A stretch of 64,000 nucleotides of DNA, from NCBI GenBank assembly GCA_977030845.1, contig OZ365114.1, positions 22,010,001-22,074,000 of the forward strand, read 5' to 3'. The notes under the pieces were generated by a model that worked only from the letters and a program-made list of their open reading frames with translations, was not told the origin of the DNA and made no database searches. Positions 49,710-62,034 of the stretch are shown piece by piece. The DNA comes from Fimbriosthenelais zetlandica (lineage: Eukaryota). The number at the start of each line of letters is the position of its first letter. Within the stretch, counting starts at the first letter, position 1. The position numbers and the translations under genes were made by a program.

Positions 49710-50505
49710 AAATCTATAAACGTTGTCTGAAAATCCCGAGCGAAGCTCCATTGACTTAGCATTGACTGCTAGTTCCCAGTTTTGCCGGTGGTGGGGGTAG
49801 TCGCACGGGCAGAAGGTGACATCATCTTAGTTCATTCGTTTGCCGTATATTATGTCTTGAGGGCGCCACCGGACGGTCAACTCGTTCTGATCCATCTGCC
49901 AAATCCCCTATTATCGCTCACAACATCCGAACCGCTTCCAGGCTCTCGCTGTTTCTAGGTTTTCAGACAGCTTACCTCTGTTCTTTTGCATGCAATAAAT
50001 TCTTCATGAAAATCTACCCACGGTTTTCAATGTGTATTCATGTAGGTGCTTTCATAAATCTTTAAACGTTGTCTGATAATTCAGAGCGAAGCTACATTGA
50101 ATTAGCATTGACTCTTAGTTCCTAGTTTTGCCGGTGGTGGGGGTAGTCGCACGGAGCAGAAAGTGGCCTTATGTTAGTTCCGTCGTTTGCCGCATAGATT
50201 GCGAGGGCGCCACTGGACGGTCAACTCGTTCTGATCATAGAAGTGTAGGGACTTCTATGTTCTGATCCATCGGCCAAATCCCCTATTATCGCCCACCACT
50301 TCGAATCTCTCGCTGTTCACAGGATTTCAGACAGCTTACCTCTGTTCTTTTGCATGCAATGAATTCTTCAGGAAAATACACTGCCGGATTTCAATTTTGG
50401 TTCATATAGGTGCTTTCATAAATCTAAAAAGGCTGTCTGAAAATTCCAAGCGACGCTCCATTGACTAAGCATTGATCGTCAGTTCCCAGATGTGCCGGTA
50501 GTGGC
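49710..50505. repeat. Tandem repeat of ~345-365-bp unit, about 2.2 copies
   Basis: The unit start (taaacgttgtctga...gagcgaagct.cattga.ttagcattgact..tagttcc.agttttgccggtggtgggggtagtcgcacgg) recurs at ~49718, ~50063 and, more diverged and truncated, at ~50427. Confidence 0.85.
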
Positions 50506-51147
50506 ACCTTCAACACAAAAAGAAACAATGTGGAAAATTTAATGGTGACAGACAAATCCCCTCCCTCCGTCACCTTGTGGGACTGACGTCACTCTAGGCC
50601 TAAGGAGCATGATGGAACCAAACCACCATTGGAGCAATTATAGTGATATTTGACGCGTGACATTGTTTAAATATATCCACAATTTTATCATCAATAAATG
50701 AGAATTCGAAATAATAATATTCCAATACATAATTTAAAATGACACTTTTGCAATACAATACAATGCAATTATCATCAGCAATATTAATACAACATAATTA
50801 TAGCAGCACCTCCAATACTACACATGTATAGCGAATTAACCAAGCTGGTTAAATTTTGCTTCTACATATAATTCATATCCTCATATAAACAGGCAGGTCT
50901 TTATATTCACTGATGACAATATCATTTACAGCTATGTAGGCCTATATGTAGCCTACATGGGTTATGAGATATGGTACAAGATACAGAGTTCTATTCATTT
51001 ATAAATAGAACAATAATAACGGTAATATTAAGTCTAAACATCATAATAATAGCCTACAAACGGTGTAAGGCATACATATCAAGCTAAGCACAGAATAGAT
51101 TAGTATCTATATATTATCAGCAATGATCAGGAAGGGCTTTAATTGTC

Positions 51148-53237
51148 TTATTTAGGTTGTCCTCTTGTAGGAGGACGGTCTGGAGGATCCTCGGGACTAA
51201 AGTCAAGCATTGTCAGGCCGTAACCCTGGTAACAAGCAATAAGTTTTCCGTCAGGTAAAAGAGACACACCTAACACATCATTTCTAGTATTCTCCCCGCC
51301 ATCTGATTCATGCGCATATGGTATACTGAACACTTTATTTCTATGGTTAACTGCCATTCCGAAGATGCATCCAGCACGTGTGCCATAAATCAATATGTGG
51401 TCCTCTTCAAATGGCACGCTGGAAACTGCTGTGACATTGTCGTCCTCCTCGTCAAATAAGTCATTGACGTCACCGTCGTCGTCATAGTAATATTCCTCTG
51501 CTAGTTGCTTCATCTGTTCCTGTATGTTAATACAGAGGATCGTCTTTTGTTCCTTCATGTTCCAGAAACTCACATTAGGCTCAAACTTATGAAACACTCC
51601 AACATAATCGCCTACAAGCTGGAAGTTCCTCACTTCCTCCACTGGCAAGTAATATAGGCAGGAGTAGCCATCTTCCTCGGGTTGTTTCAAGTTGAAGACT
51701 TTGAGGCCATTGCGGGTGTCTGCCACGCCCAGGATGCTCTGTGACTCTGAGGATTGGACCCTCAGTAAGGAGACGCAGTTGGCCACAGCTTCCCACTCTT
51801 TGATTGTTACTAGATCCTCTACGTTCAATGTAACGAGACATCGATCTCCTCCTCCTGTAAAACGAAAATGTCAGTTCATTACAGGTCAACAAGATGGCTA
51901 TACATATCAGGAGATTATTCTATTTTTAATAATTTGTGGTCAACTCTATACAGCGCTATCTATAACTATATAAGAGCTCTCACCTTGGCTATTAGCATCA
52001 TCTTTGGCACCAACCCATGATGACGTCCATGCTCCTCCCCCTATGGTAAAGAGATGATATAGCTTATCATTATTCATTATTCCGCCATGCATGCTCTCAA
52101 AATATAATAAAACAAAATGGGAGGGCCCACCTAAACCCGCAACTGATTAGAAAGAAGACAATAAAATAGCTGTTCACCACACCGGGGAGGCATGGGGGAT
52201 GAAGGGAACAGGAGGGGACTGGAGAGGGACCCCCTCTCACTATGGGTCTGATATTACTGTTGATTTTGCATTTGAAAGGTCAATACCTACCAACAGCGAG
52301 AAGTTCTAAATGTCGATCATAAACCAGAGGTGCCCTTCGTTGAACATCTATGGATTGAATTGGAGCAGTACGACCAGCAATGATGTCTTTAAAGTGATGT
52401 ACACTAATACAGCATTGACCTTCCGATTCCTAAGAAGAAAAACAGCTTTAAAAACTTTCACCTTTGCCGCGTTGACACCCAAATCTTATAATAATTATAA
52501 TCAATATTATTATATATCATAAACCAAATTACTGCGGTAACATTAGGCCTACTTACATTAATATAGATAATTCTCTTCGTGCAGCAACAGATATTATATG
52601 CAGTACTTCCGCCAGATTTTAATTTTTTCCCGGTTTTCTTGAATTCATCTCCCAAAACACATATCTTGTGGACTCCATCATCCTGTACACTGGAAATGAA
52701 GGTCGAAAATGATTTATATAAAAGATAGGTTCAAGTAGGATTAGTTATACAAGGCCTATAATTGCCAGTAAAATTATTCAACCGCCAAAAATTATTAATT
52801 TTTTAAATTTAGATTATTCTGGGTGCATCTACATGACAAAGTAGGTGTATTTTATATCTCTTTGTAATGGACATACATGTATTTTACCGGCAACTTTGAT
52901 TTGTAAATAATTATTGTTTTTATTTTTAACTCTGTCTATTCCTGTCATACGATATGGCATCGTAGAAAGCTGTTCTAACAATTCCAGTTTTGAAGGACTC
53001 CTGGAGATGCCACTGAAATCTACCTGTTAACACTCTGTATAATAAACTGTCATGTGAATCTCACCTGTAGACATGACATCCATGTTTCGCAATGCCTAGT
53101 AGGATGTAATTGCCAATAGTTGTCATGGAAACAACCCTCTCTTCTAAAGCCTGGTCAGTTTTCTTATAGGCAACACATTGCAGATTTTTGTAAATGACAC
53201 TTTCTGACGTCAAGAGACCACGAGCAGAAGTCGCCAT
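51148..53237 (-). CDS. Uncharacterised beta-propeller (WD40-like) protein, at least 5 exons, ~402 aa from the ATG at 53237; N-terminal extension possible
   Basis: Phase-consistent exons 53065-53245, 52557-52689, 52291-52429, 51984-52040 and 51148-51854. Repeated beta-strand patterns (ILGVADTRNGLKVFNL, VSFWNMKE, LIYGTRAGCIFGMAV, DGKLIACY) and an acidic loop (EEYYYDDDGDVNDLFDEEDDN). The ATG is in a strong CAAGATGGCG context. Upstream exon candidates (donor at 53919, acceptor near 54345, donor near 54895) could not be joined in frame. The fold assignment is inferred. Confidence 0.7.
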
Positions 53238-54564
53238 CTTGGATTCTGAAAAGAAATAATGTAGGCCTATTATAAAAAGAGTTTCAACTGACATGTGTAA
53301 ATAATTATATTAAAAATAATAATAATGTTTCAGGGATATTTTCTACAAAATACTGTTGGTCATTATTAATAAAATTCTGAAAGTTTCCTTCACAATTGTG
53401 TAGATATATAGGATTAAGCGATGAAGTTATAACATGGATTGTATGAGGAGATCAACATATCATGATCGATTGGACTGTGACTACCAACTGGATCGAACTA
53501 TCAAATTTAGAATTACATCAAGTATCTCAAGTATATCGATTGTAGGTCATGCAATAAACGTGGTTAGGAATAGTAATTAGTTTTAAGAGGCATCTATAGA
53601 TGCGAAGGGATGGACTTGGTGAGGTCTGAATGGATCAAAGCATGGAGCAAATCGATATACACAGACAGGCTCTGGAAGGATGGCACAACAATATAGGATC
53701 CAAAACGGAGGGGTACCTCTATTAAACTGTACGCAGTTTGCCATGTCTTAGTATTTATCTATTATGCATGAGCCCACTATTTACCTGTCGTTGATACCAC
53801 ACTACAAATTGGTTCAAGGCATTTGTATGGACTATATTGATAAAATTAGACACATTGTTGCATACACAATGGTCTTATAAAATTCTAATGAACCCTATTG
53901 AGTACAGATGTTACTTACCTGTGTAAAATACCTCGTATGGATTCACACACTTATGTATCTATATAATCCTGTGTTATCAGTCCACATATGTGACACTCAT
54001 TATGTATGTAGATGTCTGGTTGCATATATATATATCCGGTCTTGGCTGTTATTCAATGAGTATAGTCCCACACTTCCATGTACATACCCACCTGTCAATG
54101 GGTAGAGTCTCATACGAGTCAACATGTATGGACAGAGCTTATGTGTGTATGTACACCAGTGCTTTCTGATGCTAGTGCCGGGCCTCGACAGTTTGTTACA
54201 CCTGTTGAAAAATATATGGAGACGATCTGTGATAAACATTCGCCATTCAGCATGCCTGTTCATGGCATGTAGAGCCCCGGGTCTTTCTGTTTGTCTGTTT
54301 CCATGGTGACATACAAGCAGAGGCTTCCTGAAGTAGAGATCATACCTGCAAAAATCAATATAGAGAAACAATTAAACACATCTTATAGTCTACTTCTGTT
54401 AACAGTTTTGAAACCTGCCGAGCTGTCAGTTCCTCAACATTAAAATGAACAATAAGTATTTTTCAAATATCCGATGATAGAATACGCTGCTGTACCGGTT
54501 TTATTAATTCATTAAAAATTCAAAATTTATTTATGAAAGCTATACAGAATCTGATAGTGAGTTG

Positions 54565-54628
54565 AATGGGAATCGAACCCGGTCCTCCTTCATACGAAGA
54601 CATATTGCGCTATAAGGGACTATCCACC
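54565..54628 (-). mobile_element. Second degenerate tRNA-like/SINE head
   Basis: The minus strand reads GGATAGTCCCTTATAGCGCAATATGTCTTCGTATGAAGGAGGACCGGGTTCGATTCCCATT, with a clear B-box GGTTCGATTCC and a decayed 5' half. Confidence 0.5.
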
Positions 54629-56764
54629 TAACAGTCACTTAGAACATGTGTTTAATATAGTTATCTGCATAGGAAATGAAGAGCAAATTAAGAACCCACC
54701 TCAATGGTAGGCATGCACTATCTATGTGACTCAGATCTATCTGACTCAGATCATTAAACTCGGCGCCTTCTACCTCACAACAGAGCCAACTCGGCAGCAG
54801 TTCTGCTTTACACTACCTGGTGGCAGCAGTGGATACGGTAACAAGTCATAGGTTTAGATAGAGATAAAGAGATGATAATATTATTATCATTACCTTGTCT
54901 CCACGTGTAACACAACTGATTGGATTCAGAATGGTCGTTGGTTTTTGTCTGTCTCAATGTCTGACAGGTCTCTGTCTCAATATCAGGTGACATGCAGGCA
55001 AACCAGCTATAGGCCAAAACGTAGATAATTGGTGCTTTCAGATATGCAAAAAATTCCTCACATAATACTTAAATAATTTAAAATGCATAATTCAGACGTT
55101 TAGGGTCGCTTCAGATTCAAAAGATTTGCAGAGATTAAGCTATTAAGTCTGAAGAGCCTTGTCATATGCCCCGGGTGCATAATTAAAGCTGCGATAATCA
55201 CAGCTATATTAAGGTTAAATGAATATTATGCGCACACCAAGTGTGGTGTGAAAGCAGCTCATATGGAGTATCAGCTTACTCAAGCAGTTGAACTAGCATT
55301 AATTTTTCAATACTGGCGTCGATGCCGATAGGTAAAGCGTATATGTTTGCCAGCTTTTACCGAGTAGTAGCACAAGCTCTGCATGGCCAGTCGTGCTGAG
55401 CCTATAAAGTATGAGGAAGTCCTTACTATAGCTACATTTGTGCTCAGAGCTGACTTGAGACAGGAGCGTATCATAGCGTTATGTACCCCTCTCTGCTCAT
55501 TCTTCAAACAATACAATGTAGTTCATCGACTAAGGAGGAATCAATTCCAACCGTAGTTTGTCCGAGCTGGCATTATACAACCTATTCGTATAGAAACACA
55601 AATTATACAGATTTAGTTCATGAAAGGAACGACAACATGATAACTGATATTATCAGTTATTAAGACCAGGAATATGGATATATTGTAGTTTGTTATATAC
55701 TGGCTATAGCTGATCTAGGATGGCTAAATTATTTCTTCATAAATGAGGTAAGATGTATGTAATATTTACCTTGGTCGAAATTGATTCTTTCAAAAAAAGT
55801 GTTGTGAATTATCATACAGTAAATGGAGATGACACAGGTGCTCCTATATTATATTGTTTCCCAGACTCAAACATAATTGAAAGTAATACAGATACGTTTA
55901 CTCAGTGCTCGATGAATCCGATCGGCAGCATATATTGCTTAGCCACTCAATCCTATTTGTGTGCGAGGTAACATGATACATTGTACTGTGGTTAGTCTTA
56001 CCACATTAAAACCCAGTCCTTAGACTACTCTTCATGCTTTCAACTAAGGTAGGTTAATATCTGTAACATATTGTCCCTTAACTTGGATTATATGGGCCCA
56101 CATGACACTAAAAGAATTAATTTTATTGTCAGGGTACCTTGATTTTTCCTACATATTTGCCACATGGGGCCTTTACTAATAATTAATTTTAAACAGGGTT
56201 AATCTCTTGTCTAGCATCCAAGGTATCAATATATATGAAAGACTGGTCATGATTTTTATATTTGTGTTGTTAAGGGAATTGTTTGATACACATGGTAACA
56301 ACTGATAATTGATCAGAATTATCATTGGATTAGTTACAATAAAACTACATTGCCTAGCTGCTAAAAGGCATAGATATTTTTGCAACATGTAGCATCCTAT
56401 TATAGGTACGTGGAACACCACACGTACTCACTAATATTTTGGGACATGCCGAGGTTGACAAATCACAGGACTGTGGGGTGAAGGCCACGTCCCCAAGACT
56501 TCCTCACATCTGGCGTGGGTGCCCCTATTATGTGAGCAGCTGAAATATGTGCTGTTCAAGTTATTTTATACTCATTGTACTGTGATAATTCCTTGACATG
56601 TAATACAATCATTGAATGGCTTTAGGAAGGCATTTCCTGTTTTTCGTTTAACAAATATTTCCCTATCATTCATTTTCAGGATGATGCTCCTCTTCAAAAG
56701 AAATCCAAAGAGTGACTTCACTGAACAAAGCAGATCTCTGGAGTAAAGTTCATCTTGCAGAACT

Positions 56765-59291
56765 ATGGAAATCTCAATGTTTACAAACATACAATTCATG
56801 CTTCTATTTATGTGTGTAGGCCTAACAGTGTCTATTGGAGAAGCTGAGGAAGATGCGTGTAGTGACATTTGCTGGTCGGATGTCTGCGAATTCCATTTGA
56901 CACTCACATTTGGGACAACAGAGCAAGATGGAAGACACTCAACACTGCATGACCCACACATTCCCCAGACACCGCTTTCCGGCGGAAGCTGTCCTGACTC
57001 ACGTCAGAGGAGAATATTTCCTGTGACAGGGGATGGCAGGGGTCGCAGTGTTATGCTGGTTAATGGACAGTTCCCAGGGCCCACACTCCAAGTAAAAAAA
57101 GATGCTAAGGTGGGCTGACCCCTAAATCTATAGAAATTACTCTGAACATAAGCAATACAGCTAATATTTCTTTAACGGATGTTCTAGTTTGTATGAACCC
57201 AATAAAAGGTTCACCTTTCTACAGGCCTTAAGTATCTTAAGTCTGTTGATGGTGTGAATCTTTATCTTGACCACATGTAAGAAGAAACTAACCACTTTTT
57301 TCAAATTTCAGGTCATCATACACGTGAGTAATTATCTGCAGACAGTGTCTACGACCATACACTGGCATGGCTTGTCCATGTCAGGGAGTCAGTGGATGGA
57401 CGGGGTTTCCTACATCACCCAATGTCCTATTCCACCTGGCCATACATTTACCTATAAATTTAAAGCCAGTCCTTCAGGAACCCACTGGTACCATCCTCAT
57501 GTCTCTAACCACAGGAGAGATGGCCTTTACGGGCTTTTCGTGGTTCACGAGGTTAGACCCAGCTTCGTAGAGTATCCATTGGTACTCTCAGACTGGTTCG
57601 AACGAGATGGAATCACTGATGAGGTCACTGACTTGAGGAGAGGGATTTATGGCAAGTATCCCGACCCGGTATCTTCATTGATCAATGGGAGGGGTCGTCA
57701 TAGTTCGATGACTTCAGCACCTCTGGCACTTTTCCCTGTAAAAGCCCAACAGACGTATAAGTTCCGATCCGTGAACGCCGCATCAGATCTTGGGTACGAG
57801 GTATCGGTCGATGGTCACCTGCTGACCATTATATCCTGGGATGGAGCAGATATTGACCCTTTATCAGTCCATGCCTTCAATATCTTTCCAGGAGAGAGAA
57901 TAGATTTCCTGATCAATACAACGAGTGAAGAGGGGAGCTTGAAGATGAAGGTGAAATCCCTCTCTCATGGTGGTGATCACCATATACATGACATGAGTGA
58001 GGAACATCATAGAAAGGTTCAAAATGAGGACGTTCAAACCCACGGAATGAATTATAAAACTGAACCAGAAAACAATAGAACGGTCAGAATTGTTGAAATG
58101 CATGAGGATGAGGATGAAGACTCCCCTACAAACAGTGATGCTACTAGCCCTCTTGATGTCATTGCATATCTTAGCTTTTATGAAGACTTGCAAACTGTCC
58201 ATGCTCCGAAATCCTTTCCAAATCAATGCACAACACAGAGCAAATGTCTTATATTTAATTGTTACAAACTTTACCCATGGAGTGAGAATAAAAAATGCGT
58301 TCATATTAGTGATATATATTCATCAGATGACTCAGGATTCTATTCAGACAGCGATGTAGAAGAGGAACACATTTTAAATGTTGGTATGATATCAGGTGCA
58401 ACAATAGCGGGCCGGGAGTTCATAGCACCTCTATCACCTCTTTATCAACCTTTTAACCATTCTTCAATAGATTGTGCAATAGCATGTAAAGACAATACCA
58501 AAGGGTGTGCTTGTACACATAGCCTTAAAGTGCCATTTGGAAAAACCATCCAAGTAACATTTTCCAACATAGAAAATCCTGCTATGGCCTCCACAGAGCA
58601 CAGTCACCATGGAAGCCATGTCATTGGGCATCCCATGCACATACATGGTAATCGATTTGCAGTGATTGACCAGGGCTTCGGGGGTTCTCCAAGCAGTAAG
58701 GATAACAAAAGACCAACAAATAACCCGGACATCAAATGTGACACTGATTTGTGTAGGAATCCCGCCTGGGCTGATAAAAAGGTAAAGAAACTGGAGAGGA
58801 AGAGACCACCATTGAAAGACACCATTATAGTTCCACCTAGTGGATATGCTGTGGTACGGATGCGGGTAGAAAATGCTGGTTATTGGTTCCTTCACTGTCA
58901 TGTGATGCGAGACCAGCTGGATGGCATGGCCATGCTGGTAGAAGTAGCTCCAGAAAAGGTCGGATTGGCTCCATCTGACCATCCAATATGTCACACAGAA
59001 GCTTTCCAGTCTGCTAATAATCAATTTGATCCGGCTCGCAATAAGGAAGCAAATGGTGAGTATAGCCCAATGCTATAACAATAAATGCACTTGCTATCTC
59101 CTGATGCCATTTAGGCCTGATACTTATTCATTCTCGTTTCAGTTAATGGACGTTGGATTCCAATGGTAATACTTGCAATTATTTGCCTGGGAGGTGGCCT
59201 TTTAATTGGAGTATTGGCGATGCTTTGGTGCCAGAGATACAAAAGGAAGAGAGCTTACATTACAGACTTCCCACAACATATTATGTCGTAA
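56765..59291 (+). CDS. Laccase/ascorbate-oxidase-like three-domain multicopper oxidase with C-terminal TM anchor (745 aa, 3 exons)
   Basis: Exons 56765-57109, 57312-59055 and 59143-59291 have consistent phases. Signal peptide, Cys-rich N-terminus (C.DIC...CEF.L), VNGQFPGPTL, and Cu motifs TIHWHG, THWYHPH, HPMHIHG and WFLHCH...GM. Exon 3 encodes WIPMVILAIICLGGGLLIGVLAMLWC followed by RYKRKR. Confidence 0.93.
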
Positions 59292-60220
59292 TGTCTTCAA
59301 AATGATTGTTTACACATACAACATTTGTGAGAGTAGCGAGACATCACTGAAGTTCCTTTGCATATTGTGTGAATAAACAGTTATTAAAATATGAACAAGA
59401 AGTTTTAAGTTTATTTTGGCATTAGTGACAAGAACATAGACATATAATACAGCTTTCAAATACTAGCCATTTTTTCTGTACACATATTTACAAAGAAATA
59501 ACACCTCTTTATCTCATGGTATGAGGAAATTCATCGATACACGGATTGAAGAATCGAAAAGGCAAAATGACACAAATATTAGATTAAACTGTAGGCAATT
59601 CTTGTACAATCTGGCAGGTTCATGCACTGGCGTAGAAAATGCCGCATAGTTAAATACAGGGAAAATATACAATCATCAAACGTCACACAATAACAATATA
59701 TGTACAAAGCATTGATCATTATGCACATTTAAAAATAATTTGAAAAACAAAAATTATTTTATATTATTGTGCCATTTTGTCATTTATAAATCACTGTTCA
59801 CAACATATAAGTTCATAGTAATAGGACGTTTTATATTTTACATACTTTATATAGACCTAAAACTTAATCAAGATGATTAAGAATGTAATGGTTTATATAA
59901 ATAATTTAAACACTTCTTCAAAAGGAAAACAGTGACCAAAACCATTTTTACTGTATTAATGTTATGAACACTATTCAAATATATGGGGCATAGACACCTG
60001 TACAATTGAGAATAAACTAAAATATTAATATATATGCAGTTAAAAACTATAGATCTATACCTCAATAAAGAAAATCGTAAAAAATCTCTCTCTAATAATG
60101 CCTCAATACTTTTCATCAGCGGAGTAATAATCATAGGGTATTTTAGTATACAAGTTAATGCTGTCATTCTCGTCAACATATGCCGCGTATTTATCTGTAG
60201 AAAAATAGGAAAAGGCTCAA

Positions 60221-62034
60221 CTATAATCTTGAAACAAGACTTAGCAAAGAGGTAAATAGAAAGATGAGGAGCAATGAAGGAGAAGGCAGTGAAGATGTGT
60301 TTCGTCCCTGGCCCTTCGTTTCGGCCATCTTGGGTTCTACCTGATCCGTCGTCCATGTACTTCTAGGTGTTTGTCCTTTCTCAGTCGTATCATCAGTTCT
60401 CACGTTGCCTTCACCTGCAAAGATGCGATATTAATTCAATAAATAGTGTAAAAGAATAATATATGTTTAAGGTAAACAAATCACATGAATGATAAAGTGT
60501 TAATTAAAATGACCCTACCATCGACCACATAGATATGTCTTGTGGTAGGAGTGGGAGTAGGACTTGGCAGTCTTATCCTCCTGTCTGTCCAAAAAGTATA
60601 GTAAATCCATGTCGGTTCAGCATTAGATGTCTGACCCACCTCATTGATGTACTTGATGACAGCCAGAGGGCCAGTAGAGTTGTATTTAAATTCCTGACGA
60701 GGGCGCGTCAGTCGGTTATGGCAGACAGTGTCTACGAGTGTCTCACCATCATAAACCTCCAACTTCTCAGTACAGTTAAGTCTAAACAGAAGAGGGAGTG
60801 AGAATTTATTACATTTAAAGAAAAACGTCTGTAACCAACCCTAGTAACACAGGCAGCTGGGCACCCCTGTTGGGCCCCCAACAGGGGTATTTGTCCGGCG
60901 GGCCAACCTGGGCCCCAGCTGGGTCAACTACATGGGCCAGCTGGGCTGCACTGTCTAATAATTTGCTCAGTATGAAATCCACAAGTAAAAATCTACTGTA
61001 ACGCATGAATTATAATGGCAAGAGTATTAAATATTGTTAACTTACTTGAGAGAGTAGACAATCAACTGAATTTGGACCCTTTGGTTGGCCTCACCACTGA
61101 AGTTATAAAGACAGGTGGCACTTTCTAGTAGACGGTGGTCTGGAGTATGTACATCACCTGAACCTTCCTGTGAGTCAGACGCTTCAAACAGCCAATTACA
61201 TACTGAACCTGTAGCCCGGTCACCACCCTCATGATTATCTGTTTGAAGGACAGAATAAAATTCACTTAGCCTTAAGAATAAAGGAGACCAGGGACATTTT
61301 GGACAGAGTGTAGTCCTGTCATACAACACATAATATAAATGAAATGACATGATGTCTCTGGACAAGAGACTACCATATGACTATGTCACTATGTCACTAT
61401 CAGTAAGAAAGAAGAGTGTAAAACACTGAATGACAGACGGAAGGAAAAATAAGAAGGATAAAGGAAATCAGACAGGACTCTGGTCAGATCAGTCTACTCA
61501 CTTTTCCACCTGTCAGTGACCTGAACATCAAATCCACTATAATCCCATGGAGGACCACCTGGGCCACTTTGGAAGAGGAGGAGGACGGATGAACCTGATG
61601 ATATGATGTGTTCACCATCATGACCGCAATACCGACCGATCAGAGGGTTTATAGTCGACATACCATCATAGATCTCCACAAAGTCTTCTGTGCAGTTATC
61701 ACTAAAGAGAAAAGAGGTAAAACTGCCTCATCATGTTGAAAAGGGGTGACATTTGTTGAAACAATCAGAGACAAGGAATTGGAATATCATACAACCTAGC
61801 TGAACCTATAGCCACCTAGCTGAACTACTGAGTTGCTAAATTGTGTTCACCTTTTCTTCATGTCAAACTTTCCCCTAAATCCACTTCCACCCAACCTCAG
61901 ATCCACTCGCGAGTCGTCGAAGTTAGTGAACAGGTAGCGACATCTAGTATTAGGTGGGTAAATGCCTGGGAACCCTGGAGACACTACACGGCAATACCCA
62001 AAACATTGATCCACTGGGATGAGCCAGTCACATT
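60221..62034 (-). CDS. CUB-domain protein (at least 2 CUB domains, Thr/Pro-rich stalk, GPI-signal-like C-terminus); 5' portion unresolved
   Basis: Phase-consistent exons 61851-62034, 61502-61701, 61046-61238, 60519-60781 and 60221-60414. CUB motifs VVSPGFPGIYPPNTRCRY, C..DFVEIYDG...LIGRYCG, CLYNFSG, C.EKLEVYDG. The protein ends in the hydrophobic LLLIFLFTSLLSLVSRL with no cytoplasmic tail. A possible further exon ends at 63101 (FRCSYDGADFEME). Confidence 0.85.
60839..60953. repeat. Short GC-rich palindromic insertion in a CUB-gene intron (MITE-like remnant)
   Basis: Near-perfect palindrome cccctgttgggccccaacagggg, with recurring cagctggg/gggcccc motifs in otherwise AT-rich intron sequence. 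Confidence 0.5.

Noticed and set aside
47919-54628. Two tRNA-like sequences as functional tRNA genes
   Set aside because: A/B boxes are present, but the acceptor and anticodon stems do not pair convincingly; treated as SINE heads or pseudogenes.
59056-59078. ORF-track end (59078) as the only C-terminus of the oxidase, and 57267 as its start
   Set aside because: The signal peptide and first cupredoxin segment are in exon 56765-57109, and a TM exon follows at 59143. The 59078 stop is kept only as a possible alternative isoform.
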